The notes below the pieces were generated by a model. It was given only the letters and a program-made list of their open reading frames with translations. It made no database searches and had not been told where the DNA came from. The position numbers and the translations under genes are program-made. A stretch of 53,333 nt of DNA from Seison nebaliae (lineage: Eukaryota), in NCBI GenBank assembly GCA_023231475.1, contig JALJEE010001474.1, positions 1 through 53,333 of the forward strand, read 5' to 3'. Within the stretch, counting starts at the first letter, position 1, and the number at the start of each line of letters is the position of its first letter. Positions 33,201 to 46,254 of the stretch are shown here, in pieces.

Positions 33201-33450
33201 GAATATAAATGGAAAATTACCTATTATTCCAACAAAGATGAAAAGTTTACAAGAAAAAATAGAAAGATGGTTTTTTTTGGTTTGGCAAGAATAAAGAATT
33301 CGCTAGATTGAATTTTCAAGAGAAATGTTTCTCCCTTAAAAAAAAAGATGTCGACACAATAAGTGGAGTGTGAAGGTGGTGGAGTGAATGTATTGCATTT
33401 TTAAATATTGAATTTTATGGGACGGACTATTTCCACATTTCCTATGAACA

Positions 33451-35799
33451 TTATATTCCATTCTTCTTCAACATCCGATCATCATAATCATGGAATTTGG
33501 ATGGCATTATGGATTTCCAACTAAATTTCTTTCTATCAATCGTTTGTTGCATCCAACTCTCTTTCAACAATTGAACGACATTTAATCGAAGATGAGGTTC
33601 GGGACGCAACATCAAAAATAATAATCGTTTCAAATCCACTGATGGTTCTCGAGCATCTTTCGGATATTTCAATCGAGCATTCACCACTTCTTTAGCGGAC
33701 GCAAATGGATTCTGTCCGAATATCAACGTATATAACGTCACACCAAGAGACCAGATATCTAATTTAGTTCCGTCATATCTAAATTGAAAAATAATAAAAT
33801 TATTGAATGGAAAAATAGAAAAAATTTAACTTTCTTCCTTGAAGTACTTCAGGTGAACAATATTCCGCTGTTCCACAAAACGAATGGAAACAACAATGGA
33901 AATCGATTCGGGAATGTTTCGTCAGATTTTCAGGGAATGTTGGATGTTGTCGAGTTTGCATCGATATTCCTGATGGAGGAGGAATAAATGAAGCCGAACC
34001 AAAATCGATGAGTTTCACTTGGAAATTACGATTGACGATAATATTCTCATCTTTAATATCTCGATGAACGATATTCACTTTCAAATGCATATACAACAAC
34101 GCCATGGCTAATTGATGGAATATGTAAGCGGCTAATGATTCTGTAATTTTTGGTCCTCGCTCAATAAATTCAAAAAGATCCATTCCATCTCCATGTCGAA
34201 CCATAACGATATCATAACCTTCTTTCGTTTCAATCAAATCAATCATTTTTACAATATTTTCGTTATGAAGTCGACGAAGTACTGCAATTTCTAATGGTTC
34301 TTTTGTCGCACGGAAATCGATAGTGGCGTAATAATTATCTGAATCGACTTCATGAAACATTTTCTTATTGAAATGTTTTTTCCGTTCATTGATGACTTGA
34401 TGGACGGATTCCTTCTCTTCTTTATTCGCATATTGAGATTGACGATAATCGAACCATCCTTGAGTTGCTACACGTTTTCTAGCGAATGATTTGATGATAT
34501 AAATCTGATTATCAGAAATAGATGTTCGTTTCGCCATATACACTTCCCCAAATGCTCCTTTTCCGATGCGTCGTAATTTCTTATAATTATTTTGTTTGGG
34601 AGGTAATTTCTGTCCCGTCTCCACTGTCAACTCATACGATGATGGATATACTAATTTGGGGAATTTTGGATGGTTATCTTTTTCTGGTTTCGTTTCGAAG
34701 ATGATTTCATTCTCCTCATCTTTATTCTGTTCGGTGACTGGTACACTGACAGCAGAAGAAGGAGAAAGTATATTATCTTCATCGTCATCATCAGAATTAA
34801 TGTAAAATTTTGCAGTATTCTCACCATCGACTACTGGTGATGATTTAGATGAATTTTTAGGATCATAATTCGGAGAGAATTTGATGGTATTAGTAGACAT
34901 AACAGGAGATGTTTGAATATTCAATTTATCCATCTCTTCAATTGGTGTGGTGGAAGTGACAGCAACTGATGTTATCATTTTGGATGGACTTGCTGAATAT
35001 ATTTTATCGTCGATTGATGATTTGACAATTATTTCCGTTTGTTCTTCGATGGGAGAAGTGTTTTGTAAAATTGGTATTGTTCCCATAATCATTTTCTCTT
35101 TGGCAACTTGAAGATATTTCTGATGTTGTTCTGATGTTCCATCATCGAGTTGATTCATCAACAATGTCGCATCACCTGGATGAACATCGTTTACATCAAC
35201 TGCACTATCAACTTCTGAATTTGGTGTAAAAGCCGGAGTGTGAAGTAATTGACTACCATCACGAATTACTTCGGTTGTTTCATCTGATGACAATTGTTTA
35301 TCATTCGATATAGGAATAATATTAGGAGAAATTTTCGATTTAACTACTGTTTCTGATGGCATAGAATTGGGAGAAATGATTTTGACAGGTGAATTCTTGA
35401 ATTTTGAGGACGGTTGAGTGGGAGATGATGATGTATTGATATTCAATTCATCAATCTCCTTCACCACATACAACGATGGAGAATGTTGAATTGGTTGATC
35501 GGAATCTTTAATATTCTTCTGTTTCTTTTGTTGTTGATCGAGAGAATTATCATCATTCAATAAACTTGAATCATCATATAATGCACTATCGTTACTACGT
35601 AATATTTCTTTCGCTTCAATGATCGTACCATTGTGTGGTGATGGAGTTGGAGTTGAATTTTTATTTGATGAACTGAAAGAATTGATCCATTCGTTCGACC
35701 AATTATCAATCGCTTTCAAAATATGAAAAGTGGTGGAATTAAGATCAATCAATAAATTATCTTCATCATCTTCTTCCTCAATCTTCGAATCCTTAAATG

Positions 35800-35835
<36 letters not shown>

Positions 35836-38674
35836 GATGATGATGATAAGTTTTTGTTAATTTATCTATACGTTTTTTCTTTTTCTTCAATTTCTGATTT
35901 TCATGAAGACCATTTGTCATCCCATTGTCGTCATGACCACTGTCATGATTATTCTGATTGTGTTGATGGAAGACGTGCATCATATAAGTGCTAAAAGAAG
36001 CCATATCTTCATGATTATTGAATAAATCACGAAAATGAAATGATTGTTGTGATGTCAATTGACCATTCTTAAGGAACAAGCCCTTCTTCACATCATCATC
36101 ATCAACAACATCATCATCATCATCATCATCGTCTTCTATTTCGTCTTTCTCTTTTCTCACCGATCCACTCTCAGATGGAGGTGTTTTGTCGAGTGTTGTG
36201 GGAGTGCGACAGATAGTATTCTTACTGCTAATCGGAGTCTGATTATCTAATTCGAAATGATGTCCATAATGTTGACGTTCTTCGTCATTCGAATTCAACA
36301 ATTTAATGTTGGAAGATAATTGAGAATCCAAAATATTATCATCAACTTCCTCGTAGTCGTTGATGACTAACATACCTCCCTTCACTAAATGATCCAATAC
36401 GACACCTAATAGATGCATTCGAACTGTACTTTTCTGTCTTTCAATCTCTTGAGATCTCATCGATGATAATGAAACGAAAGAATCAGGATGATTCTTCTTG
36501 TTTAAACTCTTCTGTTTTAATTCCTCCAAATTAACATTCGACTCTGCATATTTTCTCTCATTCGTCTCTTGAAGACGTTTGTAGGGAAGTGGTTGTTGTT
36601 GTGGTTGTTGTTGTTGATGATGAGAATGAGAATTCTTCTGAACATTATGTGAAGTGGTTTGTGGATTTCGATGTAACGGTTTCTTCATCAACTGAGAGAG
36701 ATTCCTTAATAATCCATGACCATTCTTATGGAGAATGGAAGTGGAAGAAGAAGACGATTGAATCTTCGAATGTTTAAATTGAGAATAATCTGAATTAATT
36801 GAAATCTCATGAAGATTTCCATGGTGTTCATAATTTTTCGTTTTTCCATTATTCTTCTTCATTTTCTGATCATCCTTCAATGGTTTCTTCTCATCACCAA
36901 TTCCATTTTCATCAACTTTGATGAATTGAGATAACGTCTTCTTTATTGCCACTTTCAAATCGTCGATATTCTCCATCGAATTCGATGCATGAGGAAATGC
37001 GGTGACACTTTCACATTTTTGGGAGAATGTCGAAATGTTGTTGGATTTCTCACTTTTCGATTCAACTTTTGTGATTTGTTGTTGATGGGATGAATTGGTC
37101 ATCATTAAATTGTCATGTACACTACTCGATGTCGCCGTCAATTCCATTGGATGAGTTGTGGATGTAGTGGTGGATGTTGTGTTAGTTGTGATGGTAGTAG
37201 AATTGAAAGAATCATTCGACGAATCTAAATGATAATTTCCTACCATTGAATTAGATGTATTAAAATTCGGTTTTGTCGTCGCTATATAATGAGTCGATAA
37301 GGCGGTTGTTGTTGTCGAATTATTTGATGGTAAATTGTCAGAGGCTGAAGACATTGATAAGACTGATGTGGTCGCCGGAATGAAATGGAAATTTTCGAAG
37401 AATTTTTGTTTTGCCTCTTTACTTCGAAACTTAAATTCCAAATGATGATTATGATGATAATTATGATTTGAACATGATATCACTGACGATTTTCCCTGAT
37501 GTCGTAAATGATTATTATCGAAATGAGCTAACGACGAACGTTTCACATCATCAATTTTGAGAGATTTATTCGATTTATTATGAGATATGTTCGGCAAATG
37601 TGGATGATGTTGATGATGATACGAAACAATTTTATTGATCATTGATGTTATTCCACCATGATGATTATTTGTTTGATTCGTCATCATCTTATTGTGATGA
37701 TCGTCTAATGTCTTTGAATTCACTTCAACAGATTGATGATGTTGTTGTTGGTGTTGGTGTTGTTTAAGTGATTGATTATTTGAATTCGATCCAATTGACT
37801 TCTCCAAATGTTGTTGTTGTTGTTGTTGTTGTTGTTGTGGTGGTGGTAATGGATTGTGAGTGGTTTGATTATTACTGTTATTATTCTGATGATGATTACA
37901 TGGATGTTGTGATTGTGGTCCATGCTGTTGTTGTTGATGATGATGATTATGATGATTATGATGATTGTGGTGATCATTATGATGAAAGAGTCGTTGAAAT
38001 CCATTAAATCCTCGAACAAATTTAATGATTCCATGTCGATTATGATGATGATATGGATGATCGTCGATATGAGCGTCAGCTTCATGAAAATCATCAGAAT
38101 CATAAGCAATCAAAGATTTACTATTTCTTGTCATTAATCCAGATGCGACGGACGAATTCGTCGAAGATTGTTTATTCTTCATATCTTTCTCGTTCGAATT
38201 CTTCTTCGAATTGAATTTATTTTTAAATTGATTTTGCTGTTTAATCGGTTTCAATATTTTTGAATCGTTCGATTTAGATGAAGACGATGGAGGAGCATTA
38301 CCATTCTGTGTGGTGGACGAACATTGATGAATTGATGATTTATCGAAAAGATTCGTCGTCGTAACAATTCCAACTGACGATTGGCGATCTTTTTCATTCG
38401 AAGTGATCTTCTTTTGTGATGGTACACCATTTCGTATGACGTCATCAGACTCGTATGACATCGTATCACACTTCTCTTTGTCAAAGAAGCGATCATCTCT
38501 ACGATTGGGTAGTGATAAGACGTCGATTTTTCTCTCAATCATCGTTCTGACCAATTGTGTTGTTGTCATTGTGGGAGTTGAGGAATCATTAATTTCTTCT
38601 TGATTCTCCTCTACTTCGTCTTCAAAAAGGAAAAAAAATCAAACCAAATTAGTCATAGATAGGGAACTTGTCAT
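33451..38674 (-). CDS. PASK: PASK-like Ser/Thr kinase with a long low-complexity N-terminus, about 1707 aa, exons 38674-38668, 38619-33831, 33778-33451
   Basis: IGKGAFGEV, VMVRHGDGMDLFEFIE, LAAYIFHQL, HRDIKDENII, KLIDFGSA, FCGTAEYCSPEVLQG and DIWSLGVTLYTLIFGQNPF match the PASK kinase domain. Intron 33779-33830 restores subdomain IX. The 7-nt first exon and intron 38620-38667 are inferred. Confidence 0.85.
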
Positions 38675-41600
38675 TCAAATAAATATATTTAATTCAATCA
38701 ATTTATCATCAATTTTTTTATCCTCAGATCATAAACGCACATTTACACTCTCTACACGCACATTCGTATACACACATTGCCCACGACTGTGCACTACATA
38801 CAAACGAAAAGTAAATAAGGAGATTGTCGTTCTTAATTTGTATATATCTGTATCTTATTTGACGATCTCTTTCCTTCTTTCTCATTCCTATCGAAAAAAG
38901 AAGACAAAAGGAGACCAATCACGAATGTAGTTCCTAACAAGGAAAGCGAAATTATTTTACCCATCACATGTACGGCCAATGTTCCTCTTAGTAAATATCA
39001 GAACATTTACACTATTCACTCTCGACAAATAGTGTCGATAATCAGTTAACGGATGACAGCTACGACAGTAACTATTTGTCGAAGGATAAAAGCATCGACT
39101 CGATACCCAATCTCCCCACCTCCTCTATCTCTATCTGTTAGAAGTCACAGATTCGTTTGGGAAACACCTGTCAAAACTGAGAGAAATCAGAAGGCCAAAT
39201 TTATTTAACACATTAAATTGAAGAAGAAATTTTAAATTGTGTATCGGTTTAAAAAATCTAAACATTTATCTACATCAACAACATTCACCACCCACAATTA
39301 CCAATACCATGTTGGCTTGATGTCTGACCATAATGATATATAACTACCATTCATTCACTCTCTTTGGAGAACCAGGGAAAATTGATTGGGACTCCAATAA
39401 AAATATCAAGCAATTTAAACATAAAAATAAATGTTTCTGATATAAAAAAATAAAAAAAAAACAATAATCTCCGATCAAATAATTGATCAATTGATTTTGA
39501 AAATAATTGGGGAGATTAACGAGAAAAAAAAATTCTTCTCCATATCCGACCATTTCTTGGTTACATAATCGACAGACTACATTCGTCCGAGCTTTCAAAT
39601 AATCCAGAAAACCATGATTAATGAAAGAATTTTCTAATAATTTTTCACATTCATCTTGTCCAACATTATAAATATTTCATTTAAATAGCTCACCAAAAAA
39701 TTTTGAAATAACATTTCTCTTCTAAATGGTGATAAGGAAAGGAAGGAATGGTGAGAGGTGCGACAAATAGCTGATGAGAATGCTCCATGAAGACTAGACA
39801 AGACAGACTTGTAGATATCGGATATATTTCAATGAATTCGAATGGAATGGACACCACTTCTAATGATATTAATGATTTCACTTAATGAATAGGAAGTACA
39901 TGAATGATTGAAGGTTATTTAAACATAACATTGACAAAATCATAATAATTGGCATAATGTCTACACGAATAGGAGAAATAGTTAAATAGAAAAAAATTCT
40001 TGTTAGAGAAAATATTTCGAACTCACAAAGAAGAAAAGAAGAATCGAGAAATAAAAAAAAGAAGAAAGTAATTTAACTTTATATTTTATTAAGATCGGAT
40101 CACTTATTAAATATGCGACAAATGGCAAGATAATGATGCGTTCGTTCATCATTTCATTTACATAGTTTCCGTATAGTACTTCCAAACCACCTATCATTTT
40201 CAGCTAAAGGTTGAGATAATGTAATCTTATAACAAGTGATTTTGTCAAGTATCTCGGTCAGCATGCTATGTCAAGAAATGACTACCAACTACTTCATATT
40301 TCCCTTGTCTGATTTGGGAAAGAAGGGAATTCTAAGTCATTTTATACAGTCTCCTCTCCATGATGGACAATGTCAGTTATATTACAATCATCATATATTA
40401 CGTAACTCTCCTCTTATTTTGGCAAGAAAGTTAAAATTCTTCTTGCCACTCATGACTCCATGACATGACAAACATAAGGAAAAATTTATTTAACTATTCA
40501 AAAAGTATTTGAATAAATTTTAATTGAAGGATGTTCCGTCTAATACAAATCATTTAATCACGACTATACGATCCATCCATCATTTGTTCAATGAGCCAAT
40601 CTTTCTCTCATTTCCTTTCTCCTCTTAGGAATCATAAACAATTAAATTTCTACTTTTAAAATAAATTAAAAAGTAGTGTAATGAAATGAATTTCTTTGCC
40701 AACTCCACATATAAGTACTCGAGAAGATGCTAGACATCAAGTTGAAACGCCAACGCCAATGAAGTTTTTTCACATGAAGCTTCAACAAAACTGATGTGCA
40801 AGAAATTGTGAAGAAATCGCTAAAATTGAATGGAATGGAGGCGTTTTTCATATAATGATCTTTTAAAAACTAATAAAAACAAACTAATTCTCTTTAAAGA
40901 ATTCATATTATGACTATATAAATAATTCACTTGCAGAAGAATTAGTAAGGATTTTTCTATTTATATTCATCATCTAAACATAGTTATATCATGTTTACTC
41001 ATCACGCATCTTCATCGACAACTACTCGTAACAGATGCGAGAAGTCTAATCATCTAAATAACCTCCAACTCATCACGAATACGACATTGAACGTTATACG
41101 TATAAGGTGAAATGCAAAGGAGAATGCAACCTTATTTATTTGCAGAAGTAACACATTTCCTCCTCAAATCAGTTCAACAAAGTTCTGGTTAAACAGAAGT
41201 CATCATTAAAAAACAAGGAACTTAAAAAAATAGAATCAATCTTCCCACCCACTACCAAACACCTTGTTACTTTTAAAGAAAAAAGATTCACACCTACACA
41301 TAATATAAATATATTACATATAATCATTATTATTTCATCGTAAACGACAACAAAGTCAATGTTATTGTTATCGTGCCGCTATACGTAAATAAGATTTCAG
41401 GGGAAATTTATAGTAGAAACGAATATGTGAGAAATGAACACAAGGTTGTTTACTATTCTGAAAAATGAAACTCTGAAAAAAACAACTTTTTCCCTGAAGA
41501 ATTTGTTGTTCAAAGAAGTCGTCTAGACTCACTTTCCGATGAGTAAAATTTAAAAAATTTACGAAACACACAAATATCACGTCTTTTTTTTCTTTCAAAA

Positions 41601-41796
41601 ATCATCCACACTTTCTTTTCTTTTCTCTGTTTTTTTTTTCGAATAAAAGTAGAATTATTGAGATAACTAAAAAAAATTTACATAAGGTCAAAATGAGAAG
41701 TTCTAATGGAAATGATAATTACTCATTCAATAAAATGGAAACTGGAAAGAAAAATCCATCTTCGTTTTTAGAATTGGAATGAAGAAGAATTGTCTA

Positions 41797-42201
41797 CTAA
41801 CTCTCTGTAAGATTACGACGAGTGATTCCTTCTTCAGTACCATGCGTTTCCCTCTTACGCTTCGCATCACTACCATTGGTAATGGAAGGACGAATGATGT
41901 TGAAGCTTGTGCTTAAAATTTCATAAAGTTTCTGAATTTCCAAATCTTTCAAATCTTTCGGCTTCTGAGAGGAGAGAATATGAGACAGTTCATATTCATA
42001 CCAAAAGTTCAATGATCTGATCGATATGATTTGTACGAATCCCATTAACATTTTCGAATTGATGAGATTTCTCGGTAAACGACATTGTCGAATTGCATAG
42101 ATTTCATTAAAAAAGTGACGAAGGAATATGATTGCCGTCCTATGATCCATCGACACATGATTTCTTAACGAAATTTCTTTATTGTTCTGAAAGATATTCA
42201 T
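41797..42201 (-). CDS. Hypothetical 134-aa ORF; possible alternative first coding exon of PASK
   Basis: An ATG-initiated 134-codon ORF in AT-rich DNA, with a phase-1 GTTAGT donor at 41801 just before its stop. That phase fits the PASK acceptor at 38620. No homology recognised. Confidence 0.3.
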   Translation of the reverse strand: MNIFQNNKEISLRNHVSMDHRTAIIFLRHFFNEIYAIRQCRLPRNLINSKMLMGFVQIISIRSLNFWYEYELSHILSSQKPKDLKDLEIQKLYEILSTSFNIIRPSITNGSDAKRKRETHGTEEGITRRNLTES

Positions 42202-45200
42202 TTAACAGTTTATTGGAATTTTCAAATTCAGTTGTTTTTTTTAAGAAACATATTAATTAGATTAGAGATGAATAAATTGAATTATTAACGTTCTTGTGTA
42301 ATTGAATGATTGCCATTTTAGATAAACGTACAAATTATCCACGGAGACGAGTAGTTATCCAAGTGAGAATAGAACAGACAAGCTAATAGAACAATGTGAT
42401 CAGTTGAAATTAAAAAATTTCATAAGTGAAGAACTGAAAAGAGATTTCTAATGTAATCAAACAAAAAAAAATAATTATATTATCTCTCGAAAATGCATTT
42501 ATATCGATGATATAGTGTGACGGGAGAATGAGATGAATTCAAATGTTCATATTGAAGAGAAGGGAAAAGAAGCAAAAAAAAATTATTCGTCTAGACAATT
42601 TTTAACGGTGATCGTGCGCGCTCTCAAGATCATGCTTTAAAAATAAACTCTTATTCTTTAAGATGAAAAGAATATGGGGAAATTTTATTATTCGCTTCAT
42701 CGACCTTCCTTCAACACCATTATGTTTAACTCTCCACTCCAATTTACCAGTTCATTCAATATCGTGTATCATGTGAAAGGAAAAGTGTTTTCTTAAAGCA
42801 TATCAGTTTCCCATAATTAAAAATTCTTTCTTTCTCATGTGTGAGGTGTGTTTTCATTCTTTCAACTAATTTTCTCCATATTCTTTTTCATCCATCCGAT
42901 AAATATTCTCACAGAATTGCGTAATCAAGTTATGCAATTCGCAACATATTATGAATGAATGAAACTTCCTCTACAATCAATATCTGCATAACAACAATAT
43001 ATATAATAATGACGAGAATCATGTTGTTTGAATACGTGAATGAAGACGAACAAATAAAAAAGTCTATTCACAAATTATTAGGACGGATTCTATTGAGAGA
43101 ATTGTATATGTTACCTTGGTATGTGATTCGTATTAATAAGTAGTACTGTTTGGCGAGAGTGAGGGAGTTGGTGGGAGGAAAAAGAAATTTAAGAACGAGA
43201 AGTGGTAGAATGAGTCGAATGACTAAATAAGAAATACAGAGAGAGAATTCCAAATTTATTATTTCGTGATTGTTCTCCCAATACTTTTTCTCCAATTACT
43301 GTCTTATTCCTCAATTTCTGGTTTGAACCAACGTGAAATAGGTCAACCAAATTGGAAATAAGAACGACGACGTTATACCGACGAAATGAGAATTTTCTGT
43401 CTCAAATGATTTTAAAGGAATTCGTTATCTCCAAATTATTATTTCCCTTCATCTCCCCCACTTTCACTTATCGATTTGAAGAATGATTTCTTTCGATAAG
43501 TACGGTACATCGTTCGATAGTGAAATTCATCTATCCTCCGCCGAACTGAAGAGGAAACTAAAGCAGCTCTTGTGAGTATGTTCTCTCCCCGTATGTCTAC
43601 GAAATCTTTTCGATGAGTCGTGAAAGATAACATGAAGTAGTTGTAGTTTCAGTAGAAGAAGATTGAAGATGGTGAAAGCGAACTCTAGAGAAGCGATTAA
43701 CCGATTTCTTCGAATGATTTTCATTATACAATATCGGTCCTTCTCTTCCTCCACCAAATCATGATCGTTAAATACATAAATATTTCTATGGAAAGGAAAG
43801 ATGGAGGGAGTCCCCTCTATCACATTAACTTACTAATTCATTCTCTTAACAGAAAAAATAATGAAATGACTTGAACAGAATATAATGAATGAGAGATACA
43901 GATGAAAAAAGAAGAAAAACCACAAACCGAACATCTCTTTACTGAACTAATAATAGTTTGTAGTACATATCATCTTTCTACAACTCTCCTCGATACACCT
44001 CTTACTTCGTACATGTACCACGAACGCGATGGTGAATCGACATGTTGAATGGGCTCTGTTTATTCGTCAGAGAGTATAAGAAGATGTAACAATGAATTTC
44101 ATTCATTCATTCATCCATCATCCTCCACCTCCTCTACCCCCAAATTTAACATGAAAAGAGAATATAAATTCTTTTCCATTCAGAGAAATTATGAGAACGG
44201 ATGGAAAGGGCAAACCGAGTTTCAGAAAAATCGACAGAACGCAATCATCATTTCCTTTAAAAATTGCATTCGCTACCTAAGCAAATATAAAGGTGGCATG
44301 TCGAAGGTTTAGTTGATTAACTATCGAGAATCACCCCCTTCTTATGTCAACGAAACGAGGCGGCGAGATTGTAACACAGGATATTCCCATCGATTCATAA
44401 CGACTGTTTATCGTTTATTGGTCCATCGTACAAATATCCTTCCTTGTATTTATAGATATCGACTTATTATTAATAATTTCTCATCTATTAGTACTTATCA
44501 CGAAAATCGTTGCAACATAATGATGAAACAAATACGAATAAATAAAAACATTTTCTTCGACAAATATGAAATTTTCAATTTTTTGTCAAGTAAGATGTTT
44601 CGATGCAATAATTCATCGTTGAAAGATGATGTTTACTAAAATTTTTTGATGGGTTTCCTCTTCAATTTCGTAAAATACGTTGAAACTTACTCTAAACTCT
44701 TAAAGAGTAAATGAGATAAGTTTAGATGAGTCATCATACATGAGTTATCTTACATTGTTCCCATGACACACAACTCAAACTTGGTAATTGTTTGGTAATT
44801 GGAGGTCAATTTTGTTTGCTAAAGAACAGTTCACATTAGTCGAATTTGCGCAATTCAACAAATGTTTCTTTATAGTTTTGTTACACCTTCCTCTCTTTAG
44901 CGATGAGAAGTTACTGAAAAATAGAAAGATTGTTGAACGAAAACTCTCTTTTTTCCCTATCAATTATTAATATATCATCTGATGCAACAGATGGAAATAA
45001 AAAGTTATTTAAAATTAAATAGAAAGTGAATAGAAGAAACGAATTTTTTGTGAAATTATCAGGAAATTCCTCTTTCCGATGAAGTGTCTATTTTTTCTAT
45101 ATACCAAAAGAAAATTCTTCCTTAAGCTATATTATGCAATTTTATGTAGATATGTTATGTTGTTCTCATATTGTGGAAGAGGCATTATGTGTTATTTCTT

Positions 45201-46254
45201 TTTTCTTTTTGCCATCTCTCTTTTGTTTTCCTTATTTTCACATTCTTTTTGCCTTACCGGTTTTCTTTTTCGATAACATAACGGAAGAAATATGATACGT
45301 ATCGTACATCGAGTGAAACATTTATTTTCATTCAGCTGATTCCATTTATGATTCATTTGTTTTATTGGATTATAATTTACTTCCTTCACTTTTTGACCTA
45401 GCGTGACGGATGTTCTGACCGTGATATTACAAATGACTTTCCTTCGAAATAATTATCATTATATTTATAATTCTTCAGTTCTGTTTATTTCAGATGACTT
45501 GTCAAGCTTCGTCCCAAACTTTGTGTTTTCTATGGAAGAATGATTTTTATTTTTTCAATTCATTTTTATTCGTTCATCAAAATAAAAATATTAATGAATT
45601 GTCGAAAATTCTATACGAGCAACACAAATTGAACCACTTAGGAAAAGGTCATTTAACAAAAGTACTACCAATAATTCTCCAGTCATTTATACTTTTTTTA
45701 CTTAATTTAATATCTAACCTGAAGCATTCAAAGCACTAATTCAAATAATAAACGAATCATAATGGAACACACAGATTATAAACTGATAACTAACTATATA
45801 AAGGTTTTGCTGTAATTAACTTGACTTTCCCAGGGGGATATATTGAAGGTATCGTAAAAGAAGTGCTATTACTAAAATGTGAAAGAATTCTAATAAATTG
45901 TTTTGGATACAACTTGTTATGATATAGGAAATTGAACGTTAAATATTAATTTCATTTGTCCCTCTAAAGAAGTTTTGATTATTTCCCAATTCGAAAATAT
46001 ATATTGGTCATGTACCGCGAGAGAAAATTCGGAATTTTTGTAAAAAATATTATTAAAAATTAATATATTAAAATAAAATGGAATAATTAAACAAGAATTA
46101 ATCTATTGGAGATGGATTGGAGATAAACTAAATCGGATTGAAAAAAAGGAAATACGTTAAAATTTAAAGAATTTAACAACAACAGTCATTGAAGTACGTT
46201 TGCCACATTTAGTCAATCATATTTGATAAAAGAAATTGACAAAACTTTTCTAAT

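Noticed and set aside
35797..38137. Poly-Val, poly-Ile and poly-Met ORFs overlapping PASK
   Set aside because: Alternative frames of the CAA/CAT/GAT triplet runs encoding Q/H/D tracts.
42955..45739. Short 60-108 aa ORFs in the PASK-SRP68 interval
   Set aside because: Composition typical of AT-rich non-coding DNA. I found no motifs and could build no convincing spliced model.
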